Assembly (NCBI RefSeq): GCF_006345805.1
Contig: NC_043008.1
Location: 25,048,001-25,112,000, forward strand
Direction: 5' to 3'
DNA from: Octopus sinensis
Lineage: Eukaryota
Length of the DNA: 64,000 bases
Of the stretch, positions 1 through 12,300 are shown piece after piece (within the stretch, counting starts at the first letter, position 1; every line of letters starts with the position of its first letter). Made by a program: the position numbers and the translations under genes. The notes under the pieces are model-generated. The model searched no databases, was not told where the DNA came from, and saw nothing but the letters and a program-made list of their open reading frames with translations.

Positions 1-730
1 CTTGATGCAGAGATAAACTATCGAATAGGGAAAGGACGTGTTGCATTTGGAAAGCTCGAAAAACGAGTATGGGCGGTAAGAGGTATTTCCCTGCAGACAA
101 AAATCAGTGTCTATGAAGCGTATGTATTGTTTGCACTTCTTTATTCAAGTGAGAGATGGACCACTTACAGGCGTCACATAAAAATGCTGGAGAGATTTCA
201 TCAAAAGTGCCTCAGACGTATTTTAGGAGTCAAGTCGGAATGTTTCATACCAGATACAGAGGTTTTTCGCATGGCACAATATGTTATCTTGGCTCAAATG
301 AGATGGACTGGACATGTTATTAGAATGAAAGACAAACGTTTGCCAACGCGTCTTTTATATGGTGAACTCAACTCTGGTAAGCGACCACAACATAAGCCGA
401 GGAAAAGGTATAAAGACTGTGTGAAGGAAAACCTGAAGAAACTAGATATGAACAAAAGTGATTGGGAAAATGATGCTCTAGATCGGAACAAGTGGATAGG
501 TGCTGTTAGGACTGGTTGTAATGCCCGAGAGGAAAAGATGATTCAGCAATCTGAACTTAAATGGGCCTGTCTCAAAGGAACAATTGGAACTGTAATCAAC
601 AGTGAACATTGGATATGTATTATGTGACTGTGTCCTCTTGTCAAAAGCAGGATAATCGTAATGCCCAGAGTGATAATGATCTTGGACACCATCCACCTCT
701 TACGACTTGTGACATATGTCAAAATCTTGA
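1..730 (+). mobile_element. RTE-clade LINE, ORF2 C-terminal fragment (runs off the window start)
   Basis: Frame 1 is open from base 1 to 627: LDAEINYRIGKGRVAFGKLEKRVW..TKISVYEAYVLFALLYSSERW..LERFHQKCLRRIL..QMRWTGHVIRMKDKRLPTRLLYGEL..KPRKRYKDCVK, a typical RTE/BovB-like post-RT region. Frameshifted CxxC remnants follow (CDCVLLSKAG, TTCDICQ), cut off by a (CA)n tract at ~731. Confidence 0.9.
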
Positions 731-798
731 CATACACACACACACACAGACGTACACACACACACACACGTACACCCACGTTGCCTTAAAGGTACGAA

Positions 799-1528
799 AC
801 TAGAATTGAAAAATGCGCAGGCTCAAAAGGGTTACAGAATGTCATAGTAAACCTTAAGAAGTATGTGACTAGCATTGCTGCTCAAAAATATTAGAATCAT
901 TATATATTGTACATTCTGTGGCATCCTTTTATCACAAGAAATTTGTTTAGTTCATCGAAATTAATTAAGCTAAATTATCATATACTCAGTTGTAACGAAA
1001 TAATTGTGTGCAAATACTAATGTCCTCTTTTCGAAATAATTCAATATTATTTTTTGTAAATTTACAAGTAATAAATCAAAAGTAATTTAGTAATAATTTG
1101 TTTAATTCGCATAACTATTCCTTTAACAATAGTATCATAATGCGAATTATCTTTGCCTATAATTACTTCGGTTTCGTACTTCCACTGTTATATAGATTTG
1201 ATTCCATCATAAATCCAGTCTTATTTTTATTATCGTGCTAATTTGAATACAGTGTGAAATGTTTTCTGTATACTTTGGTATGAAGAGTACTATGATGAAG
1301 TTAAAGATCATATTTTGTACATTTTCAAATTTTTATATTAAGAAATCGGTTTAATAATTATCGTGATATCGTAATTCACACGTGGGTTTCTTTTCGTTTT
1401 AAGATGCCACAAAATGTACAACAAATAGTGATTCCAATAGTTTTGTGCAACAATGCTAGTCCCATATTTTTAAAGTTTTATTATGACATTCTGTAACCCT
1501 TTGAGAGTGCGAATTTTTCAATTCTAGT
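799..1528. mobile_element. Non-autonomous fold-back element (family FB1, copy 1) with ~130-bp imperfect inverted repeats
   Basis: 799-930 (actagaattgaaaaatgcgc..tgtggcatc) is the reverse complement of ~1400-1528 (gatgccaca..ttttcaattctagt). The core is AT-rich. A homologous copy lies in opposite orientation at 16503-17297. No TSD seen. Confidence 0.8.
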
Positions 1529-1574
1529 GAATATATCCGTGTGTGTGTCTTTGTGCTTATTTGTCACCTCCATT

Positions 1575-1745
1575 TGTAGACTGATGATGGTTTGTTAAAG
1601 TCCTGTAACTTAGCAGTTGGGCAAAAGACACCGACGGAATAACTACCAGGCTTCGAAAAATAAAATAAGTAGTAGGTTTGATTTGTTCCAATAAACCTGC
1701 AAGGCTGCCCCCTAGTCATTGAAATAAGTAAAAGATGAAAGATAG
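1575..1745 (+). mobile_element. SINE family A, 3' fragment
   Basis: gtaacttagcagttgggcaaaagacaccgacggaataactaccagg matches the 3' half of the copies at 21010-21365 and 50890-51235. Confidence 0.7.
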
Positions 1746-3329
1746 AATATGCGCGTGCGCGTGCGCGTGCAGTTATAAATGAATAAAACACAAAGAAAAA
1801 TATTAACCCATCAACACGGCGTGTTTCATGTCACCAGTGTAATCCTCCGCTTTGTTATTTGGCTGAAACATCTCAAACACATTCGTAATACATGCACTTG
1901 CCTTGTCTTCTCCATATAATCTGGACACATTCAGTTTAGATTCATTCTTATTCCTCCACACTTTCTTCTTTGTTGCTACCCATGGCCAACATCCACTTAC
2001 ACCTTATCGTTGCTAGACGTTGGACAATCCCGAAACTTAGGATAAGGGTATTATTTCGGCATCCTCAGCACTGTGACCGACAGTTCTCTTCAAACAGCAG
2101 CTTTTCAAACATGGTTATTGCTACTATTGTATAATTCTTAATTGTGGCTATTATTGCCACATGTATAATAGCTAGATTTTCTACGCTGTACCACCAGTCT
2201 TACCGGTCTTCTTTTTGCACTCAGGATCCGGGATGTGTACGTGATCTTCGGAGCTCAACAAAATTTGTATGACCAGACTTATATTTAAAAAACGTTTTCT
2301 TTTTGTAAACTCGGCTTCTACAATCTTCCTGTACCACTACGTAAAGGTTACGGTGAGCCAAGGGTTAACATACAAACCAGTGTTCCTAGCAGAGACTCTC
2401 CCATTGCGCCGCTTATTACAGCACGAGCATTTGAGCTTTCTGTGGCGCAAAATATAACCTCATCATTGGTCTTGAAGTATGGATATACTCTTCCATATGG
2501 CCGATCCCAATCGATGGAAACGGATCCATGCCAGACATTGATTTATGTCGTGGAGAGATTAGCCTTCGTGTTTTGACAAGACAAGGATATACTTTTCTCT
2601 GACTTGCAACTTTCCTAATATGTTCGAAAGATAAGTAGTCACTACCTTTGAAGCGTTCATCTGCTATTACTTTTTTTCCAGAAGATGGCATAAATCAATC
2701 AGTTATGTTTGTCTAACAATTGCCGTAAAATTACTGCTATTGCTATAGCCGTGTTTAACATTCTTCGTTGACTTGCTTTGTAAAGTGCATATAATAGCGA
2801 TTTCTTTTGTGATGCAGTGTGACGCATGTATAAATGTCACAATTTCCGCGTGTTTAATTGGAATTTTAGCAGTGTATTTGTTTACGATGTTATTACCAGC
2901 TGTCTGTGAGTAACGCCAAGAAATCCGCCATAGGAAGAAGCCATATCGACAAAATGTAAAACAAGAAAATGAAAAATAAAAATACCTTAAGTCAATTTTT
3001 ATTTTGTCTGCTTTAATTTAAAAGGATATTAACAAAATCCCAAACCATTTTCCTGGCAAAATATTTCAATAACATGAAATTTATCACGATTTGCTTCATG
3101 TAAATCGTGATAAATTTCAATCTTCTTTGGTAGCCCCGTTAAACACGTCTGTTCGAGACAAAGAACAAAAACAACAAAACGATAATTCTTTCAAATACAA
3201 CAACAATTCTACATTATTGATGGTGGGTGAGATTTCTCCGTAGAGACACACCGTACTATTGAAGCACGGATAACGTATATGATAGCAGAATACAGAAAAA
3301 GCATATTAATTATTACAGCAAAGCCAGTA

Positions 3330-3410
3330 TTCGATTGGTACATTATTTCATTAGACCCAGATGGATGAAAGGCCAACTTGACGTTGGTGGGGTTTGAGGT
3401 CAACACAGAA
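3330..3410 (-). mobile_element. SINE family B, degenerate fragment
   Basis: Weak match to the tggtacttaatttatc..gaaaggatgaaaggcaaagtcgac block of family B. Confidence 0.4.
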
Positions 3411-3499
3411 CAGTTCAGTTATATAACACAAGTATACCAAGAGCAAGTACCCTCTCCAGTACTTAGAGCGGTGCCATCCACTCTTGCCACTTTTGCCAC

Positions 3500-3860
3500 G
3501 TTCACCTACCTTTCAATAAATTCGAAATTTGAAAATGTCGATTAGTGTTCTACCAAAGAGCCTCTCAGCCTTGTCCACTCAGAACATATTTTGCGATAGC
3601 CACTAGACAAAGATAAAAAAGCCTTACCTGTCAAGTTATAGGAGGGCGGTGGGAAAAGCATTACTATGAATTTGGCTGAGAAGCGGATCTATATTACATG
3701 TGACAGCAGCTGTTCTGCATAATTATACAAGTCAGTAATGCTCGAACACTGAACGAGTGCGAGCAGAACGGTTTCGTGGCTCTGCGCGCACCTCGAACAA
3801 GCCCCTCTGACTGTACATCCATGCCTGTAAAGTTTATTGCGAACTGATAGCGCCCCTCGG
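3500..3860 (-). mobile_element. Decayed Tx1/L1-like LINE 3' fragment
   Basis: 3697-3810 aligns with 34702-34815. The minus strand reads GACSRCAQSHETVLLALVQCSSITDLYNYAEQLLSH versus GPTCPRCGQSDETVLHALVQCPKISDLWACVEQLLSR (zf-RVT region). Confidence 0.75.
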
Positions 3861-4407
3861 TACAATTCTCAGACTAAAGAATTCAGAAAATAATCTATGG
3901 TCGCCTCTGACCGGAAATTCCACTGGATCGGCTCGAAAACCAGCCCGTACGGAAGAGATGAAAGCGGGAAGCGTTGATGACCGAGCATTCACTGTGAAAC
4001 GGTTCCTATACGTGGTTGTTTACTTTGACCACTGAGCAGGTACTGCTGAGTATAACCGCAATCCGATCTCTGAAAACGGATTCGAACCTGAAAATTGAGA
4101 ACCAAGCTGGAGATACGAAAGAGATTGAGGAAGAATACGACGACAATCATTCCCGTGATGATTGGTGAATTTGCCAAAACATTCAAACTGACACGTAGGA
4201 GGCTGAAAGATATGGGAATGAGACTCTTATAATCAACCTATAAAAAAGTCCAATTCTGCATAACTTGAAGACTGCTGGTGTTATGCCAAGATTAGAAAGA
4301 AAAAACTAATAATGATAAAAGTTATTAGCCAAAGGCATTTGCACATACAACAAACCTTAAAACCCTGAGGGTTATAAAATGTGAAGATTTGAATAAAATA
4401 CGATATA

Positions 4408-5888
4408 CACCGAACCACAAAAGAAACGCGAAACGTGTGTGACTTTGAAATATGTTTTAATTCCATTATGTCGGAGATAAATTTTCTGATAATGTCAATT
4501 TCTTGGGTGCACTTTGACCACAGTCTATGGGTCATTGTAATGTGTTCTCGTAGTAAGTGGATCCAGCACATCGCGATTGTAGGGCGTGGCATGTTCAATA
4601 CCATGTATGCCCTCCCTGGGTGTTCAAAACAGCCATACACTGTCGGTACATGGAGTGCATGAGGCGGTTCACAAAAGACATTGGCACCTGAGGAAAGCTG
4701 CCTCCAATTCCACACGAATTGTAGACCTTGGGACCACCTGGTTTAGCCATCTCTGGGTTTAATGCCATAAGTGTTCAAATGAGTACAAATCCGGGCTGAG
4801 AGCCGGCCATGACATGGTTCTGATGTTGTGCAGACGCAGGAAGTCCGTGATGGCCCTGGCTGTGTGGGAGGGAGCATTATTGTCCTGCTGGAACACTTGG
4901 CTATGGTGATGCACGGAGAAGGGCATGATGTGAGGTCTTATGATCTGGTCAACGTATTGCTGCGCTGTGATGCCATTCCCTCTTCCTGCACCAACATTTT
5001 GGAGCTCAAACCCAATTCTCTCATTCAGGCCTATAGCACCTCAAACCATAATGCTTTGGCCACTGCACGCATCTCTCTCCATGACGCATGCGTCTCTGTA
5101 ACGTTCACCCCTCCTACGCTACACCCTCACTCTGCCCTCCACGGTGGAAACGCAATACTGGCTCTCCTCAGGGAAGACTATTGACCTTCATTGTTGAGCC
5201 ACTAATGTCGATGCTGTGTATCCCACTGTAGTCGTGCCTGACGGTGGCAGGTGGTGAGGACAGGCCCTTGAGCAGGACAACGGCAACGCGGGCTGTTGGC
5301 GGCCAGTCGACGTCGTACCGTGCGTCGCTGATGGGTCGCTGTCCAGTACCAATAGTCTTGCGAGCTGTTGCGTTGGCCGGTTGCCTGAAAAGATTGCGGA
5401 GGTGTTGCAGGTGGATGAAGTGGATGAAGTGGTCCTGCGGGCACGGTCTGCAGTGCTGTTGGTGTTGTTGTATCACTGTTGCAGGCGAAAGATGGTGGTG
5501 ATATGGACATTGTAAATTTTCGCAACAATGAAGGCACACTGCTTGTTCTCTCTGTACTGCTGACAATCAGGTCATACCTGATGAGTCCAAATTATGAATG
5601 CCAGGAACGCGGTTCAAGTTTGTTTTTATACCCATAACCTCAACGCGATTCACGTACAGTTAAGTTTTCCTGACGTTTGCGACTGCCACCCACGGTATTC
5701 AACGCAACTGCTTTTTGGCGTCTTGTTTCAGGGAAAAAGGGAAAACTGAAAGATTACCCGCAATTTGGGTCTCAGCTATAAACCAGCATGTCTTGGAATA
5801 TTTACATTTACATCTCCGAAATAAATTTTCAGAATTTACCATATAAAAATGACATTTGAAAAAATCGCGTTTCTTTTGCAGTACTGTG
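4408..5888 (-). mobile_element. Full-length Tc1-family DNA transposon (inactive)
   Basis: TA flanks at 4406-4407 and 5889-5890. Imperfect TIRs: cac..caaaagaaacgcga / tcgcgtttcttttg..gtg. Contains the transposase pseudogene below. Confidence 0.9.
4595..5575 (-). pseudogene. Tc1-like DDE transposase pseudogene
   Basis: ATG at 5575 and GGHTWY-stop at 4595. Motifs ARHRQARLQW, IMVWGAIG, FQQDNNAPSHTAR and WPALSPDLYSFEHLW. D-to-E spacing reads 35 because of an extra AAT, so it is DD34E-type. Several stops and frameshifts. Confidence 0.9.
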
Positions 5889-7369
5889 TATAACAGTGAA
5901 GGTCTTGGGTGATAACATTATAGAACGAATATATTTACAGTAAATATGATAAAGATACACGATGTATAAAATTGCAGGAAAACCAAAATAATTAGAACAC
6001 TATACAAATTAATTTTATGGTATAGAAAATGCTTGTCGTTACCACCTTGCATATGTATGAGATACACCACTCCACTTTGCGCAAACTCCACTTCTCTTCT
6101 GTACCTAAAGACACTACTACGCAGAGTAAGATATTTCTAAAGAGCTCCATTTCAGCTTCTTTTAAGTGCTCGTTGCATGCTGAGGATAACTTTATTGGTA
6201 TTCTGTCATTTCAATATTCGAAAACTATATTTTTTTAAAATCTGCTCCATTAACAAGTCGTCCTCAAATTTGAAGTTCACACTGATTACTATATTCGTTA
6301 CACTCTCGTAACCTCGTTCCAAAGATAATAAATTGCTGTTCACGTCCTATGAATTCAGCTTCAGCTGCAAATAAATCAAGCATCTCATACCATGTTTCCA
6401 CCGTTTTCCATGTTTCACAATTGACATAATACATTCAAGGTAGATCTCTCACCTTCTCTGCAAAGACATTATAAAGATCAATATGTGGGTCATCTCGCCA
6501 GAGAATTTTATAAAACCATTCTATATTATACTACATCTCAGTTGTCTAAAAAGGGTTTCAATTTCATTTTCCTTCATAAAACTGTATAGAATTTGTAAAA
6601 GAGGATTTTATCCTAAAAATAGTTATTACGAGTATGTTAGACACATTACAGCGTTGAGAACATAGTCTATTTAAACACGCTAGAACGCCTATAATATGCT
6701 TGGCTCATTTGTTTTGCTCAGCTATATATACCACTCAAGGAATACGAAACAAAAGAGCAGGCGCTATGCGAACTATTTGATATAACACTACAAATCACTC
6801 ATTGATTCAATCATTGTTCCGATGTAGTGATGAGTTTCGGCGTATTCCAGGTATCTCTGAAAGATCCAACTTAATACCTTAGTGTGCTTAGCGAATTTAT
6901 TCCGAACAAGCAATGCTTCTCTGTTGTTCAGACTGCCTATGCCTTTATAAATTCTGTACGAAATTGAAATGAAAGTCCTCAAGTATAGGTCACGCATCGA
7001 TAACTAGATTGTAGCTCAAGAACATTATTGCAAATAGCCGTCATTAAGTTTTCATAAATTTCTATCACATGAAGAAGATCAAAGGATCCTGACAACAAAT
7101 GTTACACACCCAGTCCTATTTGATGCTAAACTCGGTAATGAGGCTCATCAAATAGGTTACCTGTAGAAAAATACACCTAACATAAGGTCATTACATTATC
7201 CTCAGCTCATATATGTACATCAGTAGTCACGATATCACATACTCATCATACAGTTTGTGTCGGCAATAGACGGACAGGCTCAGAAGAATCTTTTCCTTCC
7301 ACCACATGAGAAAGATCAGATGCTCCAGTTTGGTTAATTATAGTCTGGGAGAAGACATAACAGTCACAC

Positions 7370-7570
7370 AGTTAATACTGGTTTCAAATTTTGGCACAAG
7401 GACATGAAGTCTGGGAGAGAGATAAGTCGATTACATCGACCCCAGTATTCAAATGGCACTTCTTTTATCGATCCGGAAAGAATGAAAGGTAAAGTCGACA
7501 TCTGTGGAATTTGAACTCAAAACGTAAAGATGGATGGAATGTCGCTAAGTATTTTACCCTGTGTGCTAAC
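7370..7570 (-). mobile_element. SINE family B (tRNA-derived)
   Basis: aagtcgattacatcgaccccagt..gaatgaaaggtaaagtcgac..gaatttgaactcaaaacgtaaag matches 28382-28611. Confidence 0.8.
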
Positions 7571-7959
7571 AGACAGTTATATACTAGATAAGTGTTTCTT
7601 GTGTAAGATTGGTGACGCCAATGGTAACCTTGTCCCAGTTACTATTCACCTAGCATTCTGGGCTTAACCTATCAGACACATTCGCCTTAATTGTGCCGAA
7701 CTTGATTTCTGAGATATCTAACAGTATGATGATGAAGGCGTCCGTGTGTATAAATACGAATTTTCTGCACCCAGTTCGTGTGGAATATCTCTCAATACTC
7801 ATAATTCCACAGCAATGTTGCTGTATCCAAAAATAAATGAGCAATGAGATTCAATGCTAATGTTGTGCCAAATGCTTCATTTAATATAGATAGCTACATG
7901 GGAGTGGTATGGTTGCCATATTCTTTGTTTTCTGTTAAGAAAGAAATGTGTATCATGGA

Positions 7960-8097
7960 TAGATTAAGTCCGCCGATGTCGACGTTATCTTTCATCTTTT
8001 CGTGGTCGATAAAATAAGTACCAGTTGAGCGCTGTGGTCAATGTAATCAATTTTCTACACCGAAATTGCTGGCCTTGTGCCAAAATTTGAAACCGTT
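7960..8097 (+). mobile_element. SINE family B, 5'-truncated
   Basis: ccgccgatgtcgacgttatctttcatcttttcgtggtcgataaaataagtaccag..ccttgtgccaaaatttgaaacc. Confidence 0.8.
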
Positions 8098-9628
8098 AAG
8101 AATGGATTAAGTCTGTTTTGTTTATAACTAATTCTTAATTGCAATGCTTTGGCGTTGTTGTACGTTATTTAAACATAGTATTTGTTGTACAATAAAGATA
8201 CGCATCATATAAAATTAATATCATCTATACTATCAGTGTATCAGTAGAGCAGAAATTGTTTTTGGAACCAACAACATCAACAACAACACAACTTCATCAG
8301 ATCAACTTGAAGTATCAATATCTCTCCTTCAATAGACCATTTTACCGGTATTATCATTATAGCAGCAACAACATCTACTAATACTACAACAGCATCAACA
8401 AGGCTACAAAAGTTAACACATTCCCTAGAACTACAAGTAGGTGGAAACGTGAGAGAACTTCAGGAAAGTCAGTACGTTCATAAATATTGTTACAAGTGAA
8501 GAATCATAACATCTCTCCTACTTTCGTTTCAGTGCATTCCCGCTGTCGCTTTGCTGAACAAATAGTAAAGTCAAAACATTTTAGAATTTCTTTCATGGAA
8601 ATTTCATGTAACACCTCCACCGTCTGTTTTAAGAGAAACTCCAAGATGCTTGAGATGTTGAATTATAAAATGCTTAAATTACAATAATGTATTATTACTA
8701 CCCACTGAGAAAAGTGCGTTAGTCACTGTTTCTGTTCCAAATATCAAACGGATATAACTACAAATATTACTAGAAAATTGCCAGAACATATTCTATTCTC
8801 CCACACAATTAATTTCAAGTATTGGACACGTAAACAGTCGCTTTTGTAAAACACTTCGAAAATATTTTGACATAGAACAAATTCATAAAAGTAGATTGAC
8901 GTAATCTTAGCGTAGTCTTGTCTACCTTCCATTGCTGATGTTACTGGTGCTGCCACGGATATTTCTCTGATTGCAAGCTGTTCGTGGCTATATCACTTAA
9001 TATCTCGATCGCATGTGTAAAGGAAATCATTTAACAACATCGTCTAGATTGAATGTAAAGTACAAAATCGATCAATCGAATGAAAGATAATGTAGATTAG
9101 GTACATTTAGACGTGATAACGTTTTCTGTTAGCTTCCGCCGCCATACTAGCATGGTTGTTATTCTGATTATGGTTCTGCCTTTGATTTTATTTTTGCTTC
9201 TCGTTTTTGCCCGTTTTACTTTGATATTGTAGAGAAGACCAATTCTACAATACAATGCGGCAACATGTTATCGCCTAATTAACGGCAGAATAGGATATTG
9301 GCTTTGAATAATGATGGCTTGGCACGAAAATATCCTTTAGTAAATGAACGAAGCAGGGTGAATATCTGAGCAAGTTTCGTCGTATTTGAAGAACGGAATA
9401 GATTTTCATTTAAGTAAACTGCAGAGTGTACTAATTAGAGTTCCATTCACAGAAATTTGTAATTCTAAACTTTTATTCCAGATCAGCGTTGCATTAAAGT
9501 GTAGTATCATTATGTAATAGGATATTCAAATTTGAAATTCGTTTACTCAGAAAATGAGATAGCATTAATCAAATTACATATTCTTACTTCAGTAACGTGT
9601 ACCCAATGGAAAGTTACTGTTAAGAAAG

Positions 9629-9629
9629 G

Positions 9630-9722
<93 letters not shown>

Positions 9723-9725
9723 ATG

Positions 9726-9784
<59 letters not shown>

Positions 9785-9825
9785 ATATATATATATATAT
9801 ATACATACATACATACATACATACA

Positions 9826-9888
<63 letters not shown>

Positions 9889-9906
9889 TTATATGTATAT
9901 ATATAT
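9629..9906. repeat. Compound microsatellite (TA)n/(TATG)n/(TACA)n
   Basis: Directly visible; source of the YIYI/HTYI pseudo-ORFs. Confidence 0.95.
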
Positions 9907-10159
9907 ACAATTGCAGCGTGGAAGGTGTCTATAAGCTATTTAAAAACACACAAAACCGTTAGATTCATTTCAACAATCAAATTTAATTTGTCAAAATTGC
10001 ATGCTGTCTCTCAGATACAGCATGAAATTTAGTCAGCGAACAGGTCGCGGTTTCAAAGCGACGAAAATATTTTGACAAATTAAATTTGAATGTTAAAGTG
10101 AATCTAACGGCTTTGTGTGCTTTTAAATGGCTTATGGACACCTTCCACGTTGCAAATGT
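9907..10159. mobile_element. ~250-bp MITE-like fold-back element
   Basis: ~90-bp imperfect inverted arms (acaattgcagcgtggaaggtgtc.. / ..gacaccttccacgttgcaaatgt). Central hairpin catgctgt-9nt-acagcatg. Confidence 0.8.
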
Positions 10160-12084
10160 TTTTGTTTCATCACACAATCTCAGATCAGGTCACTTGCTAT
10201 GCAATTACATCTCCGTACTATATATATATTTATATTGATGTGTTTATGAACTCGTGGTTTGTGTTATATAATTAGAGAGGTCCTAATGACAAATGTTTAC
10301 GTAAGTGTGCTTTTTATGATTATGTGTGGAAATACAAGTGAGTGTGTGTGTGTATGTGTGTGTGTTCATGTGTGTATTCCTGTGCGTGTGTAGTGTGTGT
10401 ATCTGTGTGTGTACGCATGAGTACGGTTTAGTTGATAAAAATACACAAGAAAATATTTCGAATGATTGGGACAAAATGATAAATAAAATTTATTTAATTA
10501 CTTCAGATTTTCGTGAAAAACTATGTTCAGAGGCATTCCAGCCGTGAACACTTTGTCATTTTGTATATCTGGGATTACATTTCAACACAATAATGTGAAT
10601 CTGAGACAATTCAATACCTATTATCAGGAGTTTTGAGCGCTTGCATAGCGGTTCCTTCATTGGTGCGTCGTTGCTGGGTGATAATTATTATTTTCCATCT
10701 ACAACGAGCAATGAAATTCAAAGAATGCTCTACGAAATGAAATTTTAACTAACTTCTTTTGCCTTCTATGTTATTGGGACCTGTAGTAAACCAAGACTTG
10801 AATATTTTCGGGAATAGTGAATTAATAGTTTGTTCTCTACACTTATTTTACTAATTGGTTCTTTAATATTAATCTATGCATATTTTCCTCATTCACTTAG
10901 ATTTGCATCAATATAATTACAATATTAAACTTTATACCAGACCGAGAGGATATTCCTCCGAGCACTGCAATATATTTGCCAGCGTAATTAAAGAAATTGA
11001 TTGAATTTAATCAGATTTGTTGGTCAACATCAAAGCCATTACTCTTGAAGATTCCAGCATTATACAATACTTCGTGGATTAAATTCTTAGATCATGGAAA
11101 GGTTTCAACTAGGCATATTGGTTGCTGAAGCATAAGCAATTAAGTCAGAAATTTGTTTCGTTCCTGACATCAATCCGAATGGAAAACTGAAATCGGTTTC
11201 AACAAGAAATGAAGTAATGTTTTAGTTTATATAATATATCATGCATGGAATTTGCACTTCAGTTCAAATGTCACTTTAATAGAATGGATTAATGACGAGA
11301 GATATATTCGAGCATGTAAGAGAAATTATCCATTTCTACATTAAGGTCGAATGGAAGAGAAAAGATCTGCTGGATTATATTTGACAACACGTAAATTTGC
11401 CAACGTGTGAAACATTTGCTGCTTTTACATAATTTGTTTTGAAATATTTTGCGTTAAATACGTTGTAGTTTGACCTCAAAACTCGTGTTTGGATTAACTG
11501 TTAGTCTTGTATAAACAAAACAGCAATGATGATATGAAGGGAGCTGAAGGAAAATGATTTCATTCAGTATTATTGTCTTAATATCTTAGATTATTTTTTA
11601 AAAATTTCGGTTTTAGATCTTACCAGTTGCACAAATGTCAAGTCAAGAATTGTTTTACATCTAATAATGATAACTTTCAACCTAACGTTGCATGTGCTCT
11701 GATTAACATATATTCATCATATGTGATGAGGTACACATTAAAAGAAAAGAATAGTTTTAAGGATTTATATTAACGATAAATTAATAATTTTCATTGAAAT
11801 CGATCAGCTGCATTTTGTCACCCGTAAACGACCTGCTGCCCTGGCTGCTTCGACATGTGCCTTTTATATGAATCACGCAAACTACAGAAAATATTTCTGT
11901 TATAAAAGGATTCGACCAAGCAGTTCGGTGATACGATTTGTGATTACTTTGTTACTATAATTAGATTTTAAATCATCGAGATAGTTCGAGACTAGGGTAG
12001 CTAGAAATTATTAATTCGAACGAAGCTAATACCAATTTTGAATAGATTGTTCTGACAGAATTACTTCTTGTTAATATATTAGTT

Positions 12085-12300
12085 GATGCGGCGATCAGAC
12101 AAGAATGTTAGCATACCAGGCGTAATGCTTGGCGGCATTTCATCCGTCTTTACGTTCTGAGTTCAAATTTCGCCGACGTCAACTTTATCTTTCATGCTTT
12201 CGTGATCGATAAAATACGTATCAGTTGAGCACTGGGGTTTATGTAATCGATTTATCCCTCAACCCCGAACTGGTTGGCCTTGTGCCAAAATTTGAGATCA
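12085..12300 (+). mobile_element. SINE family B, near full length
   Basis: gaatgttagcataccagg..ttacgttctgagttcaaatttcgccgacgtcaactt..gtcgataaaatacgtatcag..ccttgtgccaaaatttga. Confidence 0.8.

Noticed and set aside
5168-5566. ORFs of 85-144 aa across 4281-5566
   Set aside because: They are frameshifted or antisense pieces of the Tc1 transposase pseudogene.
7650-7844. QHCCG resembling the tetraspanin CCG motif
   Set aside because: No transmembrane segments or other tetraspanin cysteines in context; a chance motif.
9532-10032. Long ORFs of YIYI/HTHT/VCVC type here and at 22.1-22.5, 30.6-31.2, 44.3, 49.3-50.3, 59.3 and 61.6 kb
   Set aside because: They are translations of stop-free microsatellites, not genes.
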